Shown in pieces: positions 7,337-17,600 of a DNA stretch of 31,621 bases. The notes beneath the pieces are model-generated. The model ran no database searches. It had not been told where the DNA came from and saw only the letters and a program-made list of their open reading frames with translations. Origin of the DNA: a virus (Duplodnaviria; Caudoviricetes); the IMG/VR virus record IMGVR_UViG_3300048855_000165, positions 1-31,621 of that record. One strand, 5' to 3'. Both the position numbers and the translations under genes were made by a program. Every line of letters begins with the position of its first letter. The stretch's first letter is position 1.

Positions 7337-10300
7337 TCGACCGCCTCTGCCAACGCAGGTTTGAGACCGATGTGGATGGCAGAGCGGAGGCCCGGAAGGG
7401 TCGCCCCTGGTAGTTGGCGGATAACCGCGTTCGCGCCGGATTTCTTGATATCGCCTTCAGCAACCTGTCGCAGGATCTCGGTAAGGTCCTCAAATGCACC
7501 CACGCTTGGACCGGCGAGTGCACCGAATTTGCCGCGGCTGGCATAGCGCGAGGCAGAGCCGCCCCGGTCTTCATCGCCGGCAACTGCTTGGGCAGTAGTC
7601 ATGAGCCCCGGCAGGCCAATCTTTTCTACCGTATTGGAAATCTCAAACGGTATTGCGAGGACGCCCGACCGATCGAGGCCGTTGGCCACCCACAGGCCAG
7701 GATTATCCAGCAGCCTTTGCGCTTCATCGAAGTCGCCGCGCTCGATGTACTTGAGATAGGAAATCATCATCCCGATTGCGGAGGCAAAGACGAGCTGTTC
7801 CGCCAAACGGTGTGGACGCTCCTGGAGACCAGCAAGCAAGATGCGCTGATGTGCTGCAAGCGCGAAGCTTTTGAACTGGAACAGCAGCTTGCCAAGGTTG
7901 GACTTCATCCACAGCGGGTTGTCGGACACACCTTTGATGATGACGATACGGTCAGCATCCTTGTTAAGCGCTGCAGCCCAGGTGCGATATGCAAGGTCAT
8001 CGTCCCAAGCTCCCGCGTTGGCGCCGTAGATCCCCTCTTCTTCGATCCCGTGCCTTCGGAATTGCGTTGCGACACGTTCTGCCATGCGTTCGTCAATGCC
8101 AAGCATCGCGAGATATGCCCGTTCTTCGTTCGGCGCCCTATCCCAATCCATCGCAATGCGCATGATGCGGTTCTGTGACATCACCGAAACCATGGTGCGC
8201 AGGGTATCGTTCCACAGGCCGAGGCCTGTTGCCTTGGTGAAAGCGTTAGATGTGTTTGATAGGAACCGATCGAACGTGGAGCCGTAGCGGTACGGGTCTT
8301 GGAGATCCGCAAGCGAGGCAAGTCGAGATTGCAAAACCCGCTCTGCAACAACGCCGAGCTCGCGGGCGTCCTGTCGGGCAATCTTCGCAGCCTTGGTGCC
8401 GCTGACGAGGGCCGGCAGAGCTTCGCTCATCGTCGCACGCATGCCGAATTTGCCAAGCACGTTGACGGCATCCGTCAGGCTGGTCATCACCACGCCGCCC
8501 ATGAGACGTACATAATTCCAGGTGAGAGCGGCGCGCGTAATCTTGCTCCAGTCGCTGCCTTCTTCCGCTGCCCGGTAGGTGCCGCGGATCATGTCGCGAA
8601 ACGCTGTGAGGTTCTTAATGTCCCGAGCTTCCGCAGCATTCAGTTTCTGGCGCTCTGCATCTGTCTTCGCGGCCTTCCGGAGGTCCGAATATTCGCGGGT
8701 AATCTCCTCGAACTGCTCTTTCATGTCGGCGCGGCCGAACTTCTGAGCCAACTCGACTTCGGCCGCCATCGTGCGAGCATAGCGACGCAGCACCAATTCC
8801 ATATCGTTCTCAAGGAAATCTTCGACGCGCTCGTCAGGAATGTTGAAGGTGCGTTCCTTCAGCGGGCCCCGGCTGACCGGGACCAACCATTCCGGAACGT
8901 CCCCCTGCCCTCGACCGGTCAGATTGTTGAAAACCGAGTCCACAATTTCATTGACATAGTCGTCGCGGTCGTCAGGGCTGACGAAATCCGGGATATCCTG
9001 CTTCTGCTTGGGAAGCGTTTTCTTCAGCTTGTCGGATTTCGCGGAAGAAGCAGCAATTCTCTGCTCGATTTCCTTCGCCTCTTTCGCGAGCTTAGCCATT
9101 TCAGCTTCAAGTTCGGGCGTGAGGCGGCCCTCAGAGTCAACTAGCTTCAGCGCTTCGAGACGGTTCGTCACGCGGATCTGCTGATAACGAGCGGCGCCGA
9201 ATTTGCGGCGGGCCTTGGCATAATCCACCATGCGAGCGATTGCAGGCGACGACTTCGCGAGGTCAACATTTGCGTTTATCTCGTCTTCGAGCGTGCGTAG
9301 CTCCTCAGCGACCTTGCGGGCCTCAGCGTCCGATATGATCTGCTCGTTCTTTATTGCATCGGTGGCCTGGTCGAATTCCTCGATTTCCCGATTGAGACGT
9401 GCAATCTTGGCGTCGACATCATCGAGAAGCTTTTCGCGCCCCAGCACGTCGTTCAGATGCTCGCGGATCTCCTTAATGGTGGCGTTTTCCCGAAGGCCGA
9501 TCGACTGCAACCAGAGCCGTGCGTTTTCGCTGAGGGCTTCCGCATCGGCCAGTTCCGCTTCGTCAGCACTGGAACGGATCGGAACACCGGACATTTCCGC
9601 GCGGATCGCATCAATGATGGAGTCTTGAAGCACGTAGCCGTTTTCGTCGATCGGCAGATTGTCGAAAAGGTCGAATTCCCGGGCGACGATGTTGTCAGCA
9701 GCACCGCGGCCACCGTCCTTCTTGAATAGGCCCGGAACCGTCTTCGGATTAACGCCAATAGCGTCCAGTTCTCCGGCTAGAGGTGAGCCGAGCCGAACAC
9801 CGCCGCGCTTTTTCAGGATCGATAGCACGGGCGTCTTCCCGCGCCTGACATTCTCAGCCGATCGAGCTTCCCGCACGGTTTTGACCAGGGAGTCGCTCTC
9901 CGCTCCTTCACGCAAAGCATCGACGACCGGCCGCGGCGCACGTTCCCGCATCACATCGAAACGACGGGCTTCTTCCGCCTGCACCCGCGATAGCTTGCCG
10001 CCGCGTATCCTGGCACGGTCAGACAGCCGCTTCTCGACATTGGAGAGGCGCTCAAAAGCTCTGCTGAACCGGTCCTCGACATACATCGTCTCGACAATCT
10101 TGTTGCCGAGTTTGCGTTCTTCCTGCCTGATGAGAGCGCGGTCGAGTTCTTCGTTGAAGTACTTGCGGGCGATTTCCCGGAACCGCGTTTCCTCACCAAC
10201 CAGGCGCTGGCGGTTCCACATGCGAGTGACATAGCTGGCGGACGTCGTCGTCTTCACGTCTTCGGGGAGAAGCTTTACTCCCTTCGCGCGCTCAAGAAGC

Positions 10301-11451
10301 GGATCGAAGATGAGGCTGCGCGCTTCCTGTGCAGCACGGGTGACAAACTCGTTGCCCTCAGGGTCCACATCGCCACGGCGGCCGGCGCGAGCGATAGCCT
10401 GGTAGAACTCTGTCCGCGTGCCGGTATAGCCTGCCTTGCGTGCTTCCCGGTAGATTTGCCGGGAATTGCCGAGCCAAGTACCCACCGCCCCCCGCTCATA
10501 AAGCTTCACAGAGTTTTCAACGTCCGCCCCGAGCGAACGGCCTTCCATATTCATCGTCGTATAGATCGGGTTATCGACCAGACGACCGTACACTTCGCGC
10601 ACCTTCCCCGAGGGCGACAGCATCGTTTGAATACCCGGGTTGATCCGCGCTGCCGCTGTGGCCCTGGCAAGCAGGTCTGCCGCCTTCGGCCCACCGATGC
10701 CGAGGTCCGATATGTCTACTTCTTCGACAGACTCGGCGCCTGCCGCTTGCATGCGCTTCACAATGCTGTTCGTGACTTCGACAGGGTCCGGAACGTCATC
10801 TGTCAGATCCGCTTCGAGCTGTTTGCTCACACGGTCCCACTCGCCCTTACTGAAGAACTTCGCGCCCGCGCCACCAATGAGGCCGCCAAGGAGCACAGAA
10901 CCTCCCACGGCAAGCGCGCTTTCGGCTGACGTGCGCAGTTCCTGCGTTGCCTGCAGCCCCGCCTCTTGTGCAGCAGCACCAACGCCGGCAGCGACGCCGA
11001 CGGATGCAACAGAACGCAAGGCGGAATAACCGACCTTGCCGGCACGGACGAAAGCACCGCCAGGGACAAGCGTCGGAATATCGGTCAGCCCTGCGGCCAT
11101 CGACAGCCCGACGCCTGTCCAGCCGCTTGCGGCGAGCGTCTCGCGGTCGCGCTTTTCCTGATCGATCTGCGCCTTTTTCGCTTCCGCGGCGGGCTTGCTG
11201 AACACGTTCTCGAAACGATCCGCGTAATCCTCGTAGCCCTTCAGGTCCTCGAAGACGTTATATTCCGGATCGATCAAATTGACGTCGCCGGCCGCTAGGT
11301 TAATCCGCGCCTTAGTGAAGGCCGATCCGATGATGTTTTCCTGACGATAGGCCGCGGAGAGCGTATCCATGAAGGCCGGGTCGGGCCGGTCGTAGTCCGA
11401 AATCCCGACAGTCTCCGCTTCAGGCTGCGCGCGTGTGAAATCGAGAGGCAT
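7333..11451 (-). CDS. Large internal virion (ejection) protein, T7 gp16-position, 1372 aa
   Basis: Size and position; Gly/Ala-rich hydrophobic N-terminal segments, helical core, C-terminal LLFQFKSF-type motif typical of podoviral ejection proteins. Confidence 0.8.
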   Translation of the reverse strand: MPLDFTRAQPEAETVGISDYDRPDPAFMDTLSAAYRQENIIGSAFTKARINLAAGDVNLIDPEYNVFEDLKGYEDYADRFENVFSKPAAEAKKAQIDQEKRDRETLAASGWTGVGLSMAAGLTDIPTLVPGGAFVRAGKVGYSALRSVASVGVAAGVGAAAQEAGLQATQELRTSAESALAVGGSVLLGGLIGGAGAKFFSKGEWDRVSKQLEADLTDDVPDPVEVTNSIVKRMQAAGAESVEEVDISDLGIGGPKAADLLARATAAARINPGIQTMLSPSGKVREVYGRLVDNPIYTTMNMEGRSLGADVENSVKLYERGAVGTWLGNSRQIYREARKAGYTGTRTEFYQAIARAGRRGDVDPEGNEFVTRAAQEARSLIFDPLLERAKGVKLLPEDVKTTTSASYVTRMWNRQRLVGEETRFREIARKYFNEELDRALIRQEERKLGNKIVETMYVEDRFSRAFERLSNVEKRLSDRARIRGGKLSRVQAEEARRFDVMRERAPRPVVDALREGAESDSLVKTVREARSAENVRRGKTPVLSILKKRGGVRLGSPLAGELDAIGVNPKTVPGLFKKDGGRGAADNIVAREFDLFDNLPIDENGYVLQDSIIDAIRAEMSGVPIRSSADEAELADAEALSENARLWLQSIGLRENATIKEIREHLNDVLGREKLLDDVDAKIARLNREIEEFDQATDAIKNEQIISDAEARKVAEELRTLEDEINANVDLAKSSPAIARMVDYAKARRKFGAARYQQIRVTNRLEALKLVDSEGRLTPELEAEMAKLAKEAKEIEQRIAASSAKSDKLKKTLPKQKQDIPDFVSPDDRDDYVNEIVDSVFNNLTGRGQGDVPEWLVPVSRGPLKERTFNIPDERVEDFLENDMELVLRRYARTMAAEVELAQKFGRADMKEQFEEITREYSDLRKAAKTDAERQKLNAAEARDIKNLTAFRDMIRGTYRAAEEGSDWSKITRAALTWNYVRLMGGVVMTSLTDAVNVLGKFGMRATMSEALPALVSGTKAAKIARQDARELGVVAERVLQSRLASLADLQDPYRYGSTFDRFLSNTSNAFTKATGLGLWNDTLRTMVSVMSQNRIMRIAMDWDRAPNEERAYLAMLGIDERMAERVATQFRRHGIEEEGIYGANAGAWDDDLAYRTWAAALNKDADRIVIIKGVSDNPLWMKSNLGKLLFQFKSFALAAHQRILLAGLQERPHRLAEQLVFASAIGMMISYLKYIERGDFDEAQRLLDNPGLWVANGLDRSGVLAIPFEISNTVEKIGLPGLMTTAQAVAGDEDRGGSASRYASRGKFGALAGPSVGAFEDLTEILRQVAEGDIKKSGANAVIRQLPGATLPGLRSAIHIGLKPALAEAVD

Positions 11452-14042
11452 CAGTAACCGCCTCCACCGCCGCCAGTGATTGGCCCTGGGTTAAACTCAC
11501 GACGCTGCATCTCTTCGTCCTGGCGGACGCGCTCGCGGGCTTGCTCAGCAGCGCGAGCCTTCATCCAGTCCGGCCCAACGGTATTTTCAAGAGCGTCTTG
11601 CGCCGCCTCGCCTTCTCGAATGGAGCGCTCACGGTTTTCGATCATACGTCCCTCGGATTGGCGAATGCTGTTCGCCTTCTTCTCTTCGAACTGCTTTTTC
11701 ATTTCGGTGGTGTCGGCATAAAACGGCACGTTGAAGCGCTCGATTTTCCCGTCCTTGCGATAGAAGACCGCATATCGAGGAGGGAGGCCGGCGCGAATAT
11801 CGCGAGCCGTCAATTCGTCGGGATGCAAGAAGAACTCTTCGGCTTCGATCCCCTGCCCCTTCATCGTTTCCGCCAGCTGCTCGCGGATGTAATCGAAGGT
11901 GCCATCAGGTGCGGCCGGATAAGCCTTCTCGGGAGGGTTCTTGACAACGACGTTGTTTCCCATCGTTGAGAAGCCGGTGACGCCGTAGGAGCGCTTAAAC
12001 CGCTCGTCGGCAGCCAGTTTCGCAGCCGTCATATCGCCACCCGCGTCAACGATTGCCTCCTGGTAGAGCGACCGATACTCAGCCACCATCGCAGCTTCAG
12101 CAGCAGGGCTTGGCCCGAGGGACGGATTCGGAGCGAGGCCGAGACGACTGGTATCGAAGGACGATGCTATCGTGTCGGAGGAAACCGCTTTAAGCGCATC
12201 GGCAACGGTCTTCGACTTGAGCAACGCCTCACGATTGGCCGCTTTCTCCGGGTCGCTGGCGTAGACCAGTTTCCGGGACGCCTCTTCGGGAGAGTAGCCC
12301 ATATTGCGCGTGTAGGCACGGTAGAGGTCCATCTTGCTCCGGACACCGGCAGATCCTTCAAATGCACTGAACGAAACGGGTGCATTCTTGGAGAGCACGA
12401 GGCCGGCTTCCATGGACTGCGCGACAACTGCCGGATCTGTTGAAGAGGCGCCGTTTCGCAGTTCCGCTTGCACCTTCTTGGGGATGTACCCGGTCCGGGC
12501 GACGAAATCCGATGTGACGGCTTTCTGTTCTTCGGGGCTGGAAGCAACGGACAGAAGCTTTTCATATCCCTTATCCGCAATCTTCACCTGATCAGCGTTA
12601 TAGGGATTGACGGCGACCTCCCCGCCCGCAAGCGAGCCGATGAACGCGTTCACGCCGGCGTTCTCTTTGAGTGCCGACTGCAGGGAGTTGATGAGAATGG
12701 CTTTGTCGCCGGTATCGAGTGCCGGGTCCTGCAGAATGACGCTTTCGCGCACCTGATCGGGCTGCGTGGCGATCAAGAGGCTGTAATTGTCCTTTGCCGC
12801 CGCGCGTTGCTTCGTGATCTGCTGGCCGAATTCGGTTTCGCCCCAGGACGCCAATTGGACGCGGCGCTCGTAGGGGATGGCGTCGAGATCTGGATCATTC
12901 GCAGATGGCGTATAGGTGCCGCCGAGAAGCGCCGCAGCCTTCGCCCTGTGCTGCTCCATCTGGTATTTCACCTTGTCGGCCACCGTCCCTGGAGCGCCGC
13001 CCTGCTTGTAGTCGGATCGGTCATACAGACCAGGAGCCCCCGCGTTGACGGCAGAATAAACGTCGAGTAGGCCCATGCCTGGCTTGACGCCTGCATCGCG
13101 CAGATACCGCCCCACGGCTGCGACCTGCTGCTCGACCGGCATGTCGGATGTCACGCCATACCTGGCGCGCTGAGGCTCGCCCCACTGGATAAGGCCGCGA
13201 TGCTCGCCCCATTTGGTAGTCGGTCCCTTCTTCCACGGATCGAAGGTGCCGCCAGTTTCGTAGGACATGACGGTGGCGAGGTCGACGGGGTCGATGCCGA
13301 GTTGCTGTGCGGTCTGCTGGATTGCTCCGGAAAGGGACCTCGCGTCAACGGTGATGCCTTTCATCTGGCGAACGGCCGTGTCCGGGTCCTGTGCAAACTT
13401 CCACTGCCACTTGGATTCGGCCGCGTCCGCCTCCCAAGCCGCGCGCTTCTCCGCCTTCCATGCTTCCGGCATATCCGCCGCATTGATCGAGGCAAGCCCC
13501 TGACGCTTCAGTTCCTCATAGGGCGCCGCATTGTTCTTGATCTGCGACCGGACGGTATCGAGACCGGTGTTTGTCGTGCGGTCATAGAAATTCGTCTTGG
13601 CCTGCTGCTCATAGGCATATGCCTTCCCATAGAGGCTGTTGCCCATACCCAGCAATGCCTGGCGAGATTGCGCGTTCTGCGCTTCGGAGATCCCGCTAAA
13701 ATTGGCCTTCACAAAGTCGTCGGCGCGCTTCTGATAGCCTTCGATAAACTGACGGGTGAAGCCGATGCCGCTTTCGCTAGCCTCTGCTCTTGCCTTGTTA
13801 AATGCCTGCTCTTCGGCATCGCGGAATTGAGCCATCTTGGTTTCAAGGTCGAAACCGGCCTTGTTGCGGGTGTCGATCGCCTCTTGAGATGCAAGGTCGT
13901 TCAGATTGTACGCAACATGCGTCAACGCCTGGCCAGCATCCGCAACGGCAGCACCGACGCTTACAGATGGCCCAGACGGCGCAATACGGCCCGATCGAGT
14001 GCCGACGTAGGAAACATCACGAGAGGTAGGTATCGTAACCAT
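11451..14042 (-). CDS. Internal virion (ejection) protein with lytic transglycosylase/lysozyme-like domain, 863 aa
   Basis: AIQQTAQQLGIDPVDLATVMSYETGG...RGLIQW...QQVAAVGRYL SLT-like motifs within a helical protein. Confidence 0.82.
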   Translation of the reverse strand: MVTIPTSRDVSYVGTRSGRIAPSGPSVSVGAAVADAGQALTHVAYNLNDLASQEAIDTRNKAGFDLETKMAQFRDAEEQAFNKARAEASESGIGFTRQFIEGYQKRADDFVKANFSGISEAQNAQSRQALLGMGNSLYGKAYAYEQQAKTNFYDRTTNTGLDTVRSQIKNNAAPYEELKRQGLASINAADMPEAWKAEKRAAWEADAAESKWQWKFAQDPDTAVRQMKGITVDARSLSGAIQQTAQQLGIDPVDLATVMSYETGGTFDPWKKGPTTKWGEHRGLIQWGEPQRARYGVTSDMPVEQQVAAVGRYLRDAGVKPGMGLLDVYSAVNAGAPGLYDRSDYKQGGAPGTVADKVKYQMEQHRAKAAALLGGTYTPSANDPDLDAIPYERRVQLASWGETEFGQQITKQRAAAKDNYSLLIATQPDQVRESVILQDPALDTGDKAILINSLQSALKENAGVNAFIGSLAGGEVAVNPYNADQVKIADKGYEKLLSVASSPEEQKAVTSDFVARTGYIPKKVQAELRNGASSTDPAVVAQSMEAGLVLSKNAPVSFSAFEGSAGVRSKMDLYRAYTRNMGYSPEEASRKLVYASDPEKAANREALLKSKTVADALKAVSSDTIASSFDTSRLGLAPNPSLGPSPAAEAAMVAEYRSLYQEAIVDAGGDMTAAKLAADERFKRSYGVTGFSTMGNNVVVKNPPEKAYPAAPDGTFDYIREQLAETMKGQGIEAEEFFLHPDELTARDIRAGLPPRYAVFYRKDGKIERFNVPFYADTTEMKKQFEEKKANSIRQSEGRMIENRERSIREGEAAQDALENTVGPDWMKARAAEQARERVRQDEEMQRREFNPGPITGGGGGGY

Positions 14043-14051
14043 CTATCTCTT

Positions 14052-14579
14052 TCAGCCGTAAAGCGGCGCGGTCGTGCCGGTCGCAGTCTGAGATTGCCGC
14101 GCCTGCTGTCCGAAGCGGCTGTACATGTCGGAGACACCAGCGAAGAGAGAGGCACCAGCTCGCAGGCGAGCGGCGCTCATCGAGTTGCTGGCATTGATGC
14201 CGGCGACCTTGGCGGCGTCGTTGTAGCCCCGCGCCTGCTGCTGTCCCTTGTAGATATCGGTTTGAGCAGCGAGCGTCGTGCGCCCCTGAGTGTCGCCCAT
14301 CAGATCGATGACGGAGGGATCTGTGATGCTTCCGCCAGAACCGGCGATTGCGGCCCGCTGCTGCGAAAGCATGAACCGACCTTCACGGTAGCGCTCTGCT
14401 GCGTCGCGCTGGCTGGCCGCTTCGGCTTCATCAGCCTGTTGCTGCTGGACTTTTTGCTCATAATTGAAGCGCGCTTCCTGCTCGCGGCCGGCCTGCATGG
14501 TGCCGGCAACCTGCAGAAGAGTCCCGCCTACCGCGGCGACCTTTCCAATCACGCCGAGAACCGGTGCTAAAGCTCCCAT
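14052..14579 (-). CDS. Small internal virion protein (T7 gp14-position)
   Basis: Start moved to ATG 14579 (MGALAPVLGVIGKVAAVGG...); Ala/Gln-rich with QQRAAIAGSGG motif. Confidence 0.78.
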   Translation of the reverse strand: MGALAPVLGVIGKVAAVGGTLLQVAGTMQAGREQEARFNYEQKVQQQQADEAEAASQRDAAERYREGRFMLSQQRAAIAGSGGSITDPSVIDLMGDTQGRTTLAAQTDIYKGQQQARGYNDAAKVAGINASNSMSAARLRAGASLFAGVSDMYSRFGQQARQSQTATGTTAPLYG

Positions 14580-14932
14580 ATCCACACCACCTTGTCGTCC
14601 ATGGTTTCTTCTGTTGGGCGGAACCCCAGCCTTTTCATCAGCTTTTCTGCCCCGGGCACGGTGACGTCGCACCAGGCCTTGATGACCTTGGCACCCTGCT
14701 GACGAGCATCGGCAAACGCTGCTAGCACGTGCCTGTAGACATGCGGTTTGCGCTCTTCCTGCGGCACCTCGAGGAACGCGACCCACTCACCGTGGTCTGT
14801 CTCGACGAGGCCGCCGAAGCCAGCAATCATCCGACCGCGCCACATCGCCCTCCCAACCCATCGACCAGTGACCTCGATGCCGCCATAGAAGCGGGCGAAA
14901 TCGATATCGGAGGCAGGAAGAATTTTAGCCAT
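14567..14932 (-). CDS. GNAT-fold virion assembly protein (T7 gp13-position)
   Basis: Between tail tube B and the ejection proteins; C-terminal AEKLMKRLGF motif typical of GNAT folds. Confidence 0.7.
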   Translation of the reverse strand: MAKILPASDIDFARFYGGIEVTGRWVGRAMWRGRMIAGFGGLVETDHGEWVAFLEVPQEERKPHVYRHVLAAFADARQQGAKVIKAWCDVTVPGAEKLMKRLGFRPTEETMDDKVVWIWEL

Positions 14933-17600
14933 TCGTCTTGACGTCCATCACGAGCGACGAGGCTGTGAATGGATAGGGAGTGCGGGCCTCCAGACAAATG
15001 CGGCTGTCGGTGTCCCAATCGCTGGAAACTGACATCATGTCGGCGTCGAAGTCCTCGAAGAGGTATCCGGCTGGAACAGGTTTATCGCCTTTGTTCGTCG
15101 TCAGGCGCCTGAGACTGGAGAAGGAATTGCCAACGCGGAGTCCATCAAGCATGGTCTTGGTCAGCCCCATTCCGAGTTGTGCAACGCGCTTCTTGTGGAA
15201 CAGCGCGCTACCGTTAGCGGCGCCATAGGCAAGCTTCGTTGACTGCCATCTCCCGGTGTACGGAATGCCGATGACGACGTTCTCACCGCCGGCCATGGCA
15301 GAGAGCACCACCTGATTACCCGAGACGGTATAGAGGTTGCTCTGATCGTGCACCGCAGCGCCATTCACCCAGACGGTGACCTGCTTGCCGTCGAGATGAG
15401 GCACGGAGAATGTGGTCTGCCCGGCAGTCGCAGTGAAGCGCTTGAACCCGTCAGCGAGGCAGTTAGTCGCCCCGCCGCGGCATTCCGTGAGCTTCGCCAG
15501 CCGTTCCAGACGTTGCGCACCATTCCTCACGACGGCGAAATAGACCGAATCCTGACCGGCTCCGCGAACCGCAGCCACACGCTTGAACAGACCATCAGTG
15601 ACAACGCGCGACCAGCCAATCACGTTTTCGGCCGGCTCATAGGTCAAGGCGCGCACCTCGCCGTTGGCAAGGACGAACCAGACGACGGTATCGGGCCGGC
15701 GCTGCACTGCGAGGTCGACAATCGGCGATCCATCGCAAATCTCTTCATGCATCGCCATGAGGTCGGCCGAGGAATAATCAAATCCTGACTGATCCGGAGA
15801 CATCCGAAAGGCGCCGGTACCGGAGGCCTGAACAAAAATGCCGTCCTTGTCAGCTTTGACTGCGCGGATATTCGCGCATCCCCGCGTAGATGCGTCCACC
15901 GGAAACCAGCTATCGGCTGTGAGTGGTTCGTCGAAGCTGGAAGCCTTCACCGAGACTTCAGATGCATCCGTTCCAGCAATGAGACGCTGCAGTCCAAGCA
16001 GCCACAGAATGCCGCGCTGGGAACTCGCATTGATCGAGCGAGATATCGGAGCGGAGTCCCCTTCGACAGTGTCGTCAAAACTCTTGAAGGCGTCAGGAAC
16101 AGAGCCGTAGACCATGTCCGACAAAGCCCAATAAATCCGCCCCCCGAAAACATCCAAGGCAGCCGGCCAACTGTCATAATCCGACCACACGGAGTAGTCC
16201 CATTCGAAGGTTGCGCTGGTCGAATAGAGGCGGCTCAGCACCTCCACCAACACTTCTGTGCCGCTGGTGTAGCCAGTCACCCTGACAATGCCAGATTGAC
16301 TTCCACCCTCGTAAGCGAGCCGCGTCTCTATCAGGCCGCTCGTATAGTTGCCGGCCTTCACGGCGAAGCGGAAGAATTTGATAACGTTGTCGTCCGAATC
16401 CGTGTAGCTCGATGATCCGTTGGAAGTCCTGTCAAGGACATCAGTCCAAGATCCAGGGCTTCCAGTGCCGTCATCATTCGCAACCTGCAGCGTAACGGTA
16501 CCACTCCACGTGCCGGAGATGGTCCATGTGAAACGGCGAGCAGCGCCGACGCCAGATACCCGGATCGTATCGCCTTCGGAAGGCGCGCCGGAGAAATCCT
16601 CGTCGACGGTCTGGCCGCTCTGGAACAGGCGAAAGAGACGACCGATCATGCCGCTATCGAAATAGCTTCGACCCGACGTCAGTGTTCCATTGCCGGTCAA
16701 AACAGACGGGGTTAGCGAAATGTTGCCGTCAGATGTGACGAACGGCCCATCGTCGACTTTGTAGCGCTGGATGCCCCACGACGTGTCTCCACGGCGCTGT
16801 ATCTCGCGCTGCTGATACACTCCAGACGCCACATACAGGACGTCCTTGTTTTGCTTGTAGCGAATAAGATCATCGCTGATATCCCCGGCCGTCCACGGCG
16901 TAGGAACAACCACAACACCCGCGTTGTCGATCAGACAGGACCTGACAAGCACATTCCTGGCGACATCGGAAAAGAGCTCCAGATAAATGCTTGCGGTCGT
17001 GGGGGTGAACGCTATCGAATGATTGCCGTCGTCTAGCACGGCTTGATTGATCAGATCGTCTGCCCCACTGGTCGAGCCAAGCCGGATGGTAAGCGGACCG
17101 CGACGGATGTCCAGACGAAGTCCATGTTCGATATTGCGATCAGCAAGAGCAACGGAAATCGTCTGCTTGGCTGACGCGCGATCCTGGGTCGTGCCGGTCA
17201 GAAGCAACTCGCCAGCGCTGACTGTGGCGCTTGCTGAGCCCGTGCTGGCATCCGTCCAACCTGTGAACGAGTTGAACTCGCCATTGGTGATTGTCGTTGC
17301 CACGGCAACGCGCGACACTAGCGCATCGTCCTTAACCACGCGCATTGCCTCATCGGAAAGGATCGGAATGAGAGCGGAGCCGCCGGAGTAGTTGTATTCA
17401 AGGAGCTGAACGTCGCCGAAGTCTATATCGGTGATGTACTCCAGCCCCGGGCGCAGCGTCATGGAGCCAATGACGCGCGGCAGAAGGTTCTGGTAGAGCG
17501 AGCCGGCGAACTGCAGGCGTTCGAGATCCAGACGCGAAAGCGCCTCGTCTCCTACCTCACCACCATTCAGGGAGTAAACTGGCGCCGAAACGCGAGGCAT
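14925..17600 (-). CDS. Tail tubular protein B / nozzle (T7 gp12-like), 891 aa
   Basis: N-terminal SLNGGEV...RLDLER...RPG, YKQNKDVLY, WPAALDVFGGRIYW, IGWSR, HLDGKQVTV motifs; beta-rich. Confidence 0.88.
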   Translation of the reverse strand: MPRVSAPVYSLNGGEVGDEALSRLDLERLQFAGSLYQNLLPRVIGSMTLRPGLEYITDIDFGDVQLLEYNYSGGSALIPILSDEAMRVVKDDALVSRVAVATTITNGEFNSFTGWTDASTGSASATVSAGELLLTGTTQDRASAKQTISVALADRNIEHGLRLDIRRGPLTIRLGSTSGADDLINQAVLDDGNHSIAFTPTTASIYLELFSDVARNVLVRSCLIDNAGVVVVPTPWTAGDISDDLIRYKQNKDVLYVASGVYQQREIQRRGDTSWGIQRYKVDDGPFVTSDGNISLTPSVLTGNGTLTSGRSYFDSGMIGRLFRLFQSGQTVDEDFSGAPSEGDTIRVSGVGAARRFTWTISGTWSGTVTLQVANDDGTGSPGSWTDVLDRTSNGSSSYTDSDDNVIKFFRFAVKAGNYTSGLIETRLAYEGGSQSGIVRVTGYTSGTEVLVEVLSRLYSTSATFEWDYSVWSDYDSWPAALDVFGGRIYWALSDMVYGSVPDAFKSFDDTVEGDSAPISRSINASSQRGILWLLGLQRLIAGTDASEVSVKASSFDEPLTADSWFPVDASTRGCANIRAVKADKDGIFVQASGTGAFRMSPDQSGFDYSSADLMAMHEEICDGSPIVDLAVQRRPDTVVWFVLANGEVRALTYEPAENVIGWSRVVTDGLFKRVAAVRGAGQDSVYFAVVRNGAQRLERLAKLTECRGGATNCLADGFKRFTATAGQTTFSVPHLDGKQVTVWVNGAAVHDQSNLYTVSGNQVVLSAMAGGENVVIGIPYTGRWQSTKLAYGAANGSALFHKKRVAQLGMGLTKTMLDGLRVGNSFSSLRRLTTNKGDKPVPAGYLFEDFDADMMSVSSDWDTDSRICLEARTPYPFTASSLVMDVKTNG

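Noticed and set aside
7414-14570. Several long plus-strand ORFs (e.g. 7414-8178, 8299-9144, 13200-14570) opposite the ejection proteins
   Set aside because: Same shadow-frame artefact, fully overlapping strong minus-strand genes
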